A stretch of 64,000 nucleotides of DNA. It comes from a virus. Both the position numbers and the translations under genes were made by a program. The notes beneath the pieces are model-generated. The model saw nothing but the letters and a program-made list of their open reading frames with translations. It ran no database searches and was not told the origin of the DNA. This document shows positions 18,919-27,617 of this stretch, one piece after another. The first letter of the stretch is position 1. Every line of letters starts with the position of its first letter. The stretch lies in the IMG/VR virus record IMGVR_UViG_3300046370_000202; one strand, written 5' to 3'.

Positions 18919-19149
18919 TTATGCAACTCCAAACAATTCATCAAAGGTCATTGGAACAACCAGTTCCAACTCGGTCTGTTCCTCGATCTGGGGGACAGGT
19001 TTGGGAGACAAGATGTTCTTGATCTCCGCGATGCGGCACCCGATCTCGCGGGCAAAGGGATGGTCAGTACCCACATCTTTTTGTAGGGCTTCCAATTCAA
19101 CTTCTAACATGAATTTGTTTAACGATGAATAGGTATTCATTACGCACAC
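18919..19149 (-). CDS. Hypothetical protein
   Basis: ORF track. Confidence 0.5.
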   Translation of the reverse strand: MCVMNTYSSLNKFMLEVELEALQKDVGTDHPFAREIGCRIAEIKNILSPKPVPQIEEQTELELVVPMTFDELFGVA

Positions 19150-19391
19150 TCCTCAACAAATGGTTTCGCAATCAAGTAAATGCCAGGGCAAGCGGGAACA
19201 TCACAGAAGGCATACTCACTCACAAGCAATCGGAACTTCGCAATGTACCGCAGTTCAGATTGATCAGCACTGCTGATAGGTGGGAAGTAGACCACAACCT
19301 GTTCACCACGATCTTCGACGACCTCACCCATACGCTCTGGGTACATCGCACCAGAGTTGATCTGAACTACACGACCTTTCAAATTTTCCAT
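19140..19391 (-). CDS. Hypothetical early protein
   Basis: Downstream of a promoter cassette; GAGGAGAGG SD. Confidence 0.65.
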   Translation of the reverse strand: MENLKGRVVQINSGAMYPERMGEVVEDRGEQVVVYFPPISSADQSELRYIAKFRLLVSEYAFCDVPACPGIYLIAKPFVEECA

Positions 19392-19418
19392 AACAACCTC
19401 TCCTCATTTGATGTAACC

Positions 19419-19472
19419 ATTATAGTACATGTTTCAGAAATATGCAAGAGTTATTTGTGGTAATTTGTCACA
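19419..19472 (-). promoter_or_regulatory. Early promoter cassette (family B)
   Basis: TTGCAT-17-TATAAT; nearly identical to 42851-42904. Confidence 0.8.
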
Positions 19473-19658
19473 ACTAGAAGAAATATCGGGCCAAGAGTGA
19501 TGATACAACGATAGAACCCACAACAACAAAAGGCATCATGATTAGTTTTCGTTCTACCCTGTCGGCCGCGGCATCCCATCGATCAAACGCCGCTTCTACT
19601 TTATCAAACGACTCGTTCAACTTTCTTTCACTTTCTCTCATATTGATCTCCTGTAAAT

Positions 19659-19721
19659 AAAAAAAATAGGGGAGCAGTCCACATACCTGTCAGTCGGAAT
19701 CTTCGCAAGACCGACTCCCCT
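19659..19721 (-). terminator. Terminator-like branched structure
   Basis: AGGGGAG...CTCCCCT stem followed by a T8 tract, enclosing a GNRA-capped hairpin. Confidence 0.5.
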
Positions 19722-19726
19722 CTTAA

Positions 19727-20191
19727 CTATTGACTAACGAATCCGGTACCGTCACACATGTAACAGTCTTCATCGCCATAGTCATCGTACCCATAACCTG
19801 AACACTCTTGACACGTCTCATCAAGATCTTCATCCGAATAGTCGAGCATGTCTTCGGTGTTCTCCATCGTCATCAACTGAGGGTTGAAGGTCACCATCTT
19901 GGTGGTCATCTCAACGATGCGGTCGATGGCAACATGGAAAAAGTCGTCCTCATACTTACCTTCATAGAGTCGACCCGTCGTGTAGGGTAGGACGTAATCG
20001 AATAACTCCTTGTCGATCGCACCCTTCTCACGTAGGAACTTCAGGGCACCGGAAGTGTTGTTACCCATCCCGTTGTTGTAGAAGTCATAACGCAGACGAC
20101 CGGCGGCACGAACCATCTCACCAGCGACAGTAGCGGCGTTACCTTCACGAGGAACCAACTCCTCCCAGATTCGTTCAAATGTAGCACTCAT
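19727..20191 (-). CDS. Hypothetical protein with C-terminal CxxCxGxG zinc finger
   Basis: LVPREGNAATVAGEMVRAAGRLRYDFYNNG; CQECSGYG...CYMCDGTG. Confidence 0.7.
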   Translation of the reverse strand: MSATFERIWEELVPREGNAATVAGEMVRAAGRLRYDFYNNGMGNNTSGALKFLREKGAIDKELFDYVLPYTTGRLYEGKYEDDFFHVAIDRIVEMTTKMVTFNPQLMTMENTEDMLDYSDEDLDETCQECSGYGYDDYGDEDCYMCDGTGFVSQ

Positions 20192-20295
20192 CGTGTTCTC
20201 CCTCTCAAAAGTGCATGTATCGCCTTCGCCTCTTTAGCCTTGATACGACGATCTTTGTTTATCTCTTTCTGTACCGCTTCCTTGTTGTACTTCAT
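20188..20295 (-). CDS. 35-aa basic peptide MKYNKEAVQKEINKDRRIKAKEAKAIHALLRGRTR
   Basis: TAAGGAG SD upstream; paralog of a module inside the 50381-51628 protein. Confidence 0.75.
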   Translation of the reverse strand: MKYNKEAVQKEINKDRRIKAKEAKAIHALLRGRTR

Positions 20296-20438
20296 AGACG
20301 ACTCCTTAGTAGACATAGGGTTCAACAGGATGACCGGCAGCGAGTTGCATCGCAGCGTAGACGAACATCCAAAGAGTTGCATTAGCGAAAAGAACTTCAA
20401 CAATTCGTTGGGGACTTGCGGGCTTCAATTTAATCATC

Positions 20439-20738
20439 TTAGATCACCTCCACACGGTTATCAAAATCACGACCAGCCATCTCAAAGGGGACATACATGA
20501 TGCGACCCACACGTTGTATGTCGTGTTCTACAGACCCAGTCACAGAGTCCTTGACGAAGATGGTGTAACCATCACACATATAGACCTTGCGAGGAGCAGT
20601 GTAGTGGGGTTTCGCCCAAATCGCACCTTTCTCAAGTACCTCACCTACGAGGTAAGAATCCGGACGATCAGACATCGGTTCAAAATCGTATGCACGAATA
20701 ATGTCTCCGACGTTCGCAGTGTTTTCAAATTTCATCAT
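20439..20738 (-). CDS. Hypothetical early protein
   Basis: VGDIIRAYDFEPM; GAGGAG SD; downstream of a promoter cassette. Confidence 0.65.
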   Translation of the reverse strand: MMKFENTANVGDIIRAYDFEPMSDRPDSYLVGEVLEKGAIWAKPHYTAPRKVYMCDGYTIFVKDSVTGSVEHDIQRVGRIMYVPFEMAGRDFDNRVEVI

Positions 20739-20763
20739 ATGTCTCTCCTCATTTGATGTAGCC

Positions 20764-20827
20764 ATTATATCAAATCTGGCGAAAGAGTCAACACTTTTTT
20801 AAAACTTTTTTGTGTGAATATTACACA
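20764..20827 (-). promoter_or_regulatory. Early promoter cassette (family A)
   Basis: TTGACT-16-TATAAT; shares cgccagatttg and aaaaaagttttaaaaaagtg with 17597-17660. Confidence 0.85.
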
Positions 20828-20828
20828 T

Positions 20829-21164
20829 TTATCTACGCATTGACGCAAGGTCTTTCATCTGTTGTTCGTCAATTACGGGAATCGCATTCGACTTGTGCAT
20901 AGTACCGATACCCTTTACGAGAGTGCCAGTGTACTCTTTTCGTTCGGGCTTAGAACATGACTCCGGTGTTGCGAAGTCTGACCGACTGGGGTACTGATTT
21001 GACTCCGCGCATCTTTGCTCTGCATATGAAAGGATGCGCGTTGGTTTCGTTGTCTTGATTGCACGGAACGCTGGCGGTTGGTATTTCCCATAAACTTCTC
21101 CTTTAGGTTTCACTTTTTTAATCTTACGACCACTAGGGGTATGTCTCATCGATCCATGTATCAC
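20829..21164 (-). CDS. Conserved T4-like hypothetical protein
   Basis: YTGTLVKGIGTMHKSNAIPV motif. Confidence 0.7.
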   Translation of the reverse strand: MIHGSMRHTPSGRKIKKVKPKGEVYGKYQPPAFRAIKTTKPTRILSYAEQRCAESNQYPSRSDFATPESCSKPERKEYTGTLVKGIGTMHKSNAIPVIDEQQMKDLASMRR

Positions 21165-21308
21165 AACTCTTTCTCCATTCGACGTAGTATCTGTTGCATC
21201 GCACCCAGCTCTGCTGTTAAGAAATGCAACTTGGTGTTGGGTGATGTGTTGTCAACGGGAAGATTTCGTATCTGGTCCATCTTCTCAGAGATTTCTTCTT
21301 TGACGATC

Positions 21309-21875
21309 TTAAGCACTTTCTCTTTCATTCTTTACCTCAAACCATGATGGGACGGGACGACTAGTCCACGTCATACTAAACCGATCTTGCTTGGTCTGGT
21401 AGAATGCACGGTATGACTCTACAGGGTCAGACATCATACACTCAGGGTTGGAACCCATAGCAAGCTTGAACGGTGTCCGCTCGACGTGTGGTATACGCGC
21501 CGGTGGAGTGAGTAATATATCACGTAGAAGGGTGTCTGTCAAGTGTCGTTTACCATAACGATACATATATTCATCACAGAGTGCGATGAAGTGCTTGTAG
21601 TGCCAGATGTAGTTGCAGATAGATTCCATCGTCCAGATGGTGCAGGGGTGTCCGTGATGGACTGCTTTGTAGAGTTGGTCGTCTAGGGTAGGATGATCGT
21701 AGTACTTGATCATGGTCTTACCAGACTTGGAAGGTTGTCGAGATACTTGACCGTCAAGCATACGATGTGCCGTTGACAACATCTGTGCAGACTCGACGAT
21801 CATTTTGACAACGTGTTTGTCACACTGCTCTTGGGCAGCTATGACTGGATTGTTACTGAGTACAAAAATATTCAT
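21309..21875 (-). CDS. Pyrimidine dimer DNA glycosylase / endonuclease V-like protein
   Basis: MNIFVL...QCDKHVVKMIVESAQMLSTAHR...HHGHPCTIW...EYMYRYGKRH; own promoter TTGACA-17-TACAAT at 21903-21931. Confidence 0.8.
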   Translation of the reverse strand: MNIFVLSNNPVIAAQEQCDKHVVKMIVESAQMLSTAHRMLDGQVSRQPSKSGKTMIKYYDHPTLDDQLYKAVHHGHPCTIWTMESICNYIWHYKHFIALCDEYMYRYGKRHLTDTLLRDILLTPPARIPHVERTPFKLAMGSNPECMMSDPVESYRAFYQTKQDRFSMTWTSRPVPSWFEVKNERESA

Positions 21876-21989
21876 ATACTATATCCCCCATTTGGTTAGG
21901 ATATTGTACAGGATAAATTGAGTTCTGTCAAGCCCGTCGAGGATTTTTATTTTTTTTACGTATAATTTTATTTAGGTATAAATAACTCT

Positions 21990-22241
21990 ATGAACGATTT
22001 ATTTGATTTTGGTTTTACTGCAGTAGATGAGTCCGAGCTCGAGGCATTTCAACAACTCGAGAACGTCTCGGAGGCTGTAGATGAAACTCAAACACGTCTT
22101 GATAATCTATACAATGCGATTCAACCGCTACTGACCAATCTCAAGATGAATCCTGAGAAAGAGTACATTTTGTGGCCAAATCGATTGGATAAGATTGAAC
22201 AATTCGAAACACATATTCAAAACATCTATAAGGGACCCTAA
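21990..22241 (+). CDS. Conserved hypothetical late protein
   Basis: FDFGFTAVDESEL...PLLTNLKMNPEKEYILWPNR; TATAAATA just upstream. Confidence 0.75.
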   Translation: MNDLFDFGFTAVDESELEAFQQLENVSEAVDETQTRLDNLYNAIQPLLTNLKMNPEKEYILWPNRLDKIEQFETHIQNIYKGP

Positions 22242-22244
22242 CCA

Positions 22245-23096
22245 ATGTTTTATAGTACCAAAGACGAATTTATTTTAAGAGATGGTGAAGTACAATCTAT
22301 TATCACTGGATCAGATAAACACCAGATGGTAAAGAGCATCAACTCACTTATGAAGTTCTTGACTGTTCACCAAGGCAAATATTTACGTTACAAAAATTCA
22401 GAAGTCAACGTCATAGAAGAAGCTTTCTCTCGTGGAACTATGATGTGTAATGCAATCATGTCTCGTAGATATAAGAACATTTTATTTGTTGGTCACTACA
22501 ACGACCACCAGACGCACTGGATGTTGGATAAGTTCTCAGGAAGAATGGTAGACGTTTTTCCACCGGAACGTGATCACATGCAGACATTCCCAGATTTAAA
22601 CATCGTTGCACAGTTCGTACCGTATGTTTTCAAAACAATGGAGTATGATGCATCCTTTACCGTCGTTAGACCACCAGAGTCAAAACATAAGGGCGTAATG
22701 CATACCATATACGAAGCTGTGGGAATGGTTCAAGACTCTCTTCCATGTTCTCACCAATATAAACACGGACAAACTTCATGGTCACTGGAAGGTGAACACG
22801 AAAAGTTTGATGCTGTTGTGTTCTTGGGAGTTCCTATGATGGAACAAGGTGTAGGATTTGAAGAGGATCAGGTGCGAGAGATTTTTGCACCAATGTGTAC
22901 AGAAGATTTTGAGATGGTAGACATCTATTATGGATTACCATCCTCTGTGAAGTGGTTTAATGGAGAAGAAAAAGACAACACGACTATGGTTGAAGTTGCT
23001 TTCTCTATTCGTTCGGGATGGGATGATGATGTTAAGACCGGCGGTGGCCGACCAGAAGAATACGACATTATGAGTAAGATGATTTCCGTATTCTAG
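22245..23096 (+). CDS. Hypothetical protein, 283 aa
   Basis: ORF track; followed by a terminator. Confidence 0.7.
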   Translation: MFYSTKDEFILRDGEVQSIITGSDKHQMVKSINSLMKFLTVHQGKYLRYKNSEVNVIEEAFSRGTMMCNAIMSRRYKNILFVGHYNDHQTHWMLDKFSGRMVDVFPPERDHMQTFPDLNIVAQFVPYVFKTMEYDASFTVVRPPESKHKGVMHTIYEAVGMVQDSLPCSHQYKHGQTSWSLEGEHEKFDAVVFLGVPMMEQGVGFEEDQVREIFAPMCTEDFEMVDIYYGLPSSVKWFNGEEKDNTTMVEVAFSIRSGWDDDVKTGGGRPEEYDIMSKMISVF

Positions 23097-23121
23097 GAAC
23101 TTACCCGACAGTAAGACACGC

Positions 23122-23147
23122 GAGGGGACTACGGTCCCCTTTTTTTA
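23122..23147 (+). terminator. Intrinsic terminator
   Basis: agggga-ctacgg-tcccct followed by a T tract (UACG tetraloop). Confidence 0.85.
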
Positions 23148-23251
23148 TGCCCAGTATAAGAACATGCCTGCGATGGCACACCAAATCAGAACGTTGGGTG
23201 CATTATCCCAAACCCACTGAAAGTCTTTGATCGTATACTTGATAAATTTTA

Positions 23252-23908
23252 TTACTTGCTCGATTCTTCCTTCCATGACCGTGTCCCCACTTCGACCCTA
23301 GCATTCTCTGGCAATTTTAGTTTTATGTCAGAATGCGTGTGATGTATTACAAACTGCGTGTTTTTGAACTCTTTGAAGAACGACCCCCAGATAGGACGCC
23401 AGTTGCTCGACATACGGTGTACATTCAATGGACTGCGATCGCTCTTGAGGAATTCGTCAGTGTAGCTGTCTAGATTCATGTCGAACATTGCATCGAACCC
23501 ATACATATGAACTTCGTCTGCCTTCATGACACGACACGCATAGTCGGTTGCCATATGACCACAAGAGTAGTTGGTCGCAGCATCTGATAGAGAGTGGCCC
23601 GGTAGTTGTGCGTATGGCGGTATAAAGACGTGAAACCCTTTGATGTTCACAGAGTACTTGAGATAGAACGCAGGCGTCTGTTCCATCCACTTACGTGGAC
23701 GTGTGCCTAGAACCCAGTCATATTGACCAAGATCAACTTGTCCTTCGTGCAACGCCTTCATCATCTTGAAGTCTACCATACAAGAAGCGAACACTTCTTC
23801 TGGCGGCAACTTGATCGGTGGCATATTACATACCAATAAAAGGCCTTCAGTGCCCCTTGTAAAAATACGTGACCCAGGCCCGTTACCTAATATATTTACT
23901 CTTTTCAT
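23252..23908 (-). CDS. Putative sugar transferase-like protein (GT29/Maf-like Rossmann fold)
   Basis: VNILGNGPG...CN...VD...YSCGHMA...EVHMYGFD pattern; start refined to MKRVN. Confidence 0.5.
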   Translation of the reverse strand: MKRVNILGNGPGSRIFTRGTEGLLLVCNMPPIKLPPEEVFASCMVDFKMMKALHEGQVDLGQYDWVLGTRPRKWMEQTPAFYLKYSVNIKGFHVFIPPYAQLPGHSLSDAATNYSCGHMATDYACRVMKADEVHMYGFDAMFDMNLDSYTDEFLKSDRSPLNVHRMSSNWRPIWGSFFKEFKNTQFVIHHTHSDIKLKLPENARVEVGTRSWKEESSK

Positions 23909-24264
23909 TTTGGTTCTCTGTGATAAGTTCCATACACACAGTGTGCAAGTTCGTGACCCCAAGTGGTCATGTGATTGTCGGCTACGCCTTCAGGTACAAT
24001 GACATAGATCTCACAACGAGACATCTCTCCAGTTGTTTTAGAAAGAAACCAACGCGAGTATCCGATTGCGGATTCGTCGTGGGTCTTGATGTCTTTCATT
24101 GCTTTATCAAACTCTCTTTGATTCTGAAACGTATAGACCGTAATAGGAAATTGAATTCCACTGTAGTCCTGTGTACCAGAAATCTTTTCTCTGTCCTTAG
24201 ATGGTTCGCAAGAAACTAACAGGAATGTGAATAAAGCGATTAATACTGTTATTTTAGATTTCAT
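23905..24264 (-). CDS. Lipoprotein with HExxH motif
   Basis: LLVSC lipobox-like signal; GHELAHCVYGTYH. Confidence 0.6.
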   Translation of the reverse strand: MKSKITVLIALFTFLLVSCEPSKDREKISGTQDYSGIQFPITVYTFQNQREFDKAMKDIKTHDESAIGYSRWFLSKTTGEMSRCEIYVIVPEGVADNHMTTWGHELAHCVYGTYHREPK

Positions 24265-24592
24265 ATCTTTCAGCATGGCCTACTTCTGTGAGTAAACTAT
24301 TTAGGTTTGTTCGGTCTTCCAAAAAAACCTCGGCAAGTATACGACCATACTTACCTTCTTTGTATGTGACAATAGTTACCTTTGATCCCACAGGAGCAAC
24401 TTCGTTTACGTACGCGGTTGCAGCAAGGCCTTTTTCCTTTTCGTCAAGGTCTCGTGTACGCTGCTCAGGAGCATCAATACCGTAAAGACGAAGGCGCTGA
24501 TTAGCATAAATGAGGCCAAAACCAAGATCAATATCAACGTCGACGGTATCGCCATCAACCCATCTACGAACTGTCGCTTCATACTCGTACAT
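24254..24592 (-). CDS. Thermonuclease (SNase-like)
   Basis: VDGDTVDVDIDLGF...RLRLYGIDAPE...GKYGRILA. Confidence 0.88.
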   Translation of the reverse strand: MYEYEATVRRWVDGDTVDVDIDLGFGLIYANQRLRLYGIDAPEQRTRDLDEKEKGLAATAYVNEVAPVGSKVTIVTYKEGKYGRILAEVFLEDRTNLNSLLTEVGHAERYEI

Positions 24593-24807
24593 TAGTCTGA
24601 CGGAATTTGAAACGCCACCTCAAGCATATCTTGATACTCGGCGATCTGTTTAAGTTCATGTTCAAACGACTCCATAATATCGGAGTGTTCTCCAATACCC
24701 GCAGGGTTCTGCAGATATACTTCCAAGTTCGCTTTATGATATGCGATCTTGCCTTGTAGATGCGAAACTGTAGCTTCGATCATTCGTGTACGTAAAGGTG
24801 TGCTCAT
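24592..24807 (-). CDS. Conserved hypothetical protein
   Basis: HKANLEVYLQNPAGIGEHSDIM motif. Confidence 0.7.
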   Translation of the reverse strand: MSTPLRTRMIEATVSHLQGKIAYHKANLEVYLQNPAGIGEHSDIMESFEHELKQIAEYQDMLEVAFQIPSD

Positions 24808-25268
24808 TATCTATCCCTTGCTTTCTCTATTGCACGAGAACCAAACCAGAACGAAATGATGGCGGCGAAGATTGCCTTGGTGTCGTCGTCCCATAGAATG
24901 TTTAACGCCTCTGTTAGTGACATTCCGTTGTTGATTGCTTCTCGCAGTAATGTAATTTCAATTGCAGCGAACAGTATGAAAAATGCATACGTGATCACTG
25001 GCCGTACTGATTTCTGCAGTGCGGACATAAGACCCGTCCCCTGAGAAATCGCTGTGTCGTGTGCTAGAAGCGCCTTCTGCTCTTCGTGCAGACCCATCTC
25101 GGCAAATCGCTTGATCTCATGCTCGTAACCTTTGGCAGTGAGTTCAGCCATCTTCTCCATCTTCTTGAGTTCAAACTCCATACTCTTTTTAGTCTTGTAG
25201 TGTTCTGTGATCGCAGGTACGACCGAACTACCAAAACCAAGTATAGACCCTATAAGACCGCTCAACAT
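24807..25268 (-). CDS. Holin-like membrane protein (3TM type)
   Basis: SVRPVITY...IISFWFGSR, typical of GTA/3TM holin-like proteins. Confidence 0.6.
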   Translation of the reverse strand: MLSGLIGSILGFGSSVVPAITEHYKTKKSMEFELKKMEKMAELTAKGYEHEIKRFAEMGLHEEQKALLAHDTAISQGTGLMSALQKSVRPVITYAFFILFAAIEITLLREAINNGMSLTEALNILWDDDTKAIFAAIISFWFGSRAIEKARDR

Positions 25269-25277
25269 ATGACCTCC

Positions 25278-25937
25278 TTATTTATTCATTAGTCCACGTA
25301 TCGTATCGTTGCCCTTTCTACCTGTATGGTGGATGACGATAGGATCTTTTACCGCTACATTATCTATGTAGTCAATACGTAACGTATTATATGTGTGTGG
25401 TAGGGGATATATTTTACTTAACTTTTCTATCGGCGAATACATATTATGCAGAACTTCTTGATCCCCCTGTTCTGGTGCGGACTCTGTACGTAACATCCAC
25501 GACTCTAGTACGTGGTTACGGTCTGTCATTACAACACCGGAATTGTACCAGTCTCCGTTCTGAGGCCGTCGTGTAGTCCAAGGGCGGTCAATTACCATAC
25601 CCAGCTTGCCGTGTTCAAAGTGTTCCCAAATAGAGTCAATGTCACCGTCTATCTGACAGTCTGTGTCTAACCAACACACTCTAAATCCATCTAGTGTCGC
25701 GTTGTAGATCGCACGAGGTTTTTTGAACCAGCCGTCCACTGGTGATTCTGTATGAACAACATAGAAACGATTCTCATACATCGGATGTTCTTTGAGATTG
25801 GCCAACATATCACTTGACATTCCAAAGTCCGCGACCATGAGTGGTACTTCTGACCACTTAAGAAAGTTCTGCAGAAACCAAGGCAACTGCCACTCGGTGT
25901 TACTGTCACATCCCGTTAAAAAATTTCTTCTATACAT
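25278..25937 (-). CDS. GT-A fold glycosyltransferase
   Basis: GWFKKP...WLDTDC (DxD)...YNSGVV...GDQEVL...IHHTG. Confidence 0.75.
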   Translation of the reverse strand: MYRRNFLTGCDSNTEWQLPWFLQNFLKWSEVPLMVADFGMSSDMLANLKEHPMYENRFYVVHTESPVDGWFKKPRAIYNATLDGFRVCWLDTDCQIDGDIDSIWEHFEHGKLGMVIDRPWTTRRPQNGDWYNSGVVMTDRNHVLESWMLRTESAPEQGDQEVLHNMYSPIEKLSKIYPLPHTYNTLRIDYIDNVAVKDPIVIHHTGRKGNDTIRGLMNK

Positions 25938-26586
25938 CTATCAACTCATACTCATTACTGTAGTTGTGTTTTGCGACGGTACCTTTATGGTTTTGCACTG
26001 TAGAAAAACTGTCGTCTGCATACGCACAATACGGATAGTATTCTTGTAACCACCCAAATCTACTTATATGTAGGAATACGTCAGTTGGTCCGGCCTCGCG
26101 CCTCGCACGTTTTATTAATAACTTCGCGCCCATAGGCGTAACGATGTATGCATGACAGCCAGGAAAGTAAGGTTTAGACTGCAATGGACCCCACCCAATC
26201 GTCGCTGGCGTGTTAAACTTTCCAAACGAGGGTTGACCAATGTTACCGACAAAGTTTGGTGGCGTTGACGGTAAGGGTCCAGTGACGATGGCATCGTGTT
26301 CAAAAATTACGATGGGTTCGTTCAAGCTTATGCACGTTTTCCACAACGTGTAGTGCGAGAGAAAACAAGCAATACAGTTGTCTCGTTTTGAATACTTGTC
26401 ATCAAACTTTTCTGTATTAACTATTCCGACATTAACGCACAACTTATCAACATCATCTTTTGGTGTGATCGCAGCCATTGTCTCAATATTCAGTCCATAC
26501 TTTTTACCCGACGCAATACATCTCTCTGCGGATAGTCGCGACTGTACATTACTGTTGATCGTGATAACAAATGCTCTCATACGCAC
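25930..26586 (-). CDS. Glycosyltransferase family 25-like protein
   Basis: IACFLSHYTLWKTC...IFEHDA...GCHAYIVTPMGAKLL...PTD. Confidence 0.8.
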   Translation of the reverse strand: MRMRAFVITINSNVQSRLSAERCIASGKKYGLNIETMAAITPKDDVDKLCVNVGIVNTEKFDDKYSKRDNCIACFLSHYTLWKTCISLNEPIVIFEHDAIVTGPLPSTPPNFVGNIGQPSFGKFNTPATIGWGPLQSKPYFPGCHAYIVTPMGAKLLIKRARREAGPTDVFLHISRFGWLQEYYPYCAYADDSFSTVQNHKGTVAKHNYSNEYELIDV

Positions 26587-26594
26587 CTCATAGA

Positions 26595-26630
26595 CAAAAA
26601 AAAGACAGGTCGGTTTCCCTTCCTGTCTCT
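26595..26630 (-). terminator. Intrinsic terminator
   Basis: agacagg...cctgtct hairpin followed by a T tract on the minus strand. Confidence 0.65.
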
Positions 26631-26651
26631 TATATAGTTTGACGTTAAGTC

Positions 26652-27350
26652 TTAGAGAGAATCAACAAATTCGTCAATCTCTTCTGCTTGTTCTTTTGAT
26701 AAGAACTCTTTGTGAATACCCACGCGATCCAAAAGACCTGGCGATTTGACTTCACTGCGCAGCTCGCGAACATTGCACTCCTGTACAACTAAGTCTACAA
26801 TGTCAAAAGACACTTCGCGTTTTGCTTGACCAAAAGTTTCTAGTTGTGGATTGTCTTGACGTGGAACTAAAAAGTTGACCAACTTAGTCAAAAACACTTG
26901 TGGTTCTTCAACTAACTGTTCATATGAGAATTCAAACTCATAGACTAGTTCGGACGCTTCCTTTTCAAAAGCGGCTACTAAATCAAATCCCAAAGAACTA
27001 TCACGAAAATCTTCCCACATCATATCTGGGGCAAAGGTCTTCCATGTATGAACCATTGCGTCTTTGTAATCGCGAGTCATTCTGAAAAGACAAGTTGTCG
27101 CAGACTTAGATAACCTCTCCAGAGTAAGACTATCTTCAACAGGTGTATGGCCCATACTAGTTGCAAAAAGAGGCTTCCACATCCATTGGTGAGCAATAGC
27201 TGACACTTCTAGGTTAGTTAGGTCTTTAGGTAGGCTCTGATTAAAACGGACATACATCCCATACATATTCTGTGCAAAGTCTGCACCTGAACAGACACCG
27301 CCTACCATGTAGTGATCATCCAGAGATACTATTGAGTATACTTCTTCCAT
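26652..27350 (-). CDS. Sulfotransferase-fold protein
   Basis: MTRDYKDAMV, FSYEQLVEEPQVFLTKLVNFL, and VGIHKEFLSKEQAEEIDE; 5'-PSB motif degenerate. Confidence 0.55.
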   Translation of the reverse strand: MEEVYSIVSLDDHYMVGGVCSGADFAQNMYGMYVRFNQSLPKDLTNLEVSAIAHQWMWKPLFATSMGHTPVEDSLTLERLSKSATTCLFRMTRDYKDAMVHTWKTFAPDMMWEDFRDSSLGFDLVAAFEKEASELVYEFEFSYEQLVEEPQVFLTKLVNFLVPRQDNPQLETFGQAKREVSFDIVDLVVQECNVRELRSEVKSPGLLDRVGIHKEFLSKEQAEEIDEFVDSL

Positions 27351-27411
27351 TTTGGTTTTATTCCTCTTTTTTGGACTGCGTGATTAACACAATTAGATGA
27401 ATGTATTTATA

Positions 27412-27615
27412 CTAATTCTGTTCCTTATACATCGTCCAAAGTCCATAAAGTACACCGCCATATGCGCCAAGTGTAAGAATAGACTCAAAAAGAATGTAAC
27501 TACCGCACAATGCGACGATAACAACACCATCATATGTGGTGCGTTCCCCTAGACGTGACATCACCCATTGTTTTGCAAGTGATGCATATACTGATACCGC
27601 TGAAAGATTAAACAT
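27412..27615 (-). CDS. Small membrane protein
   Basis: RLGERTTYDG followed by hydrophobic segments. Confidence 0.6.
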   Translation of the reverse strand: MFNLSAVSVYASLAKQWVMSRLGERTTYDGVVIVALCGSYILFESILTLGAYGGVLYGLWTMYKEQN

Positions 27616-27617
27616 AG

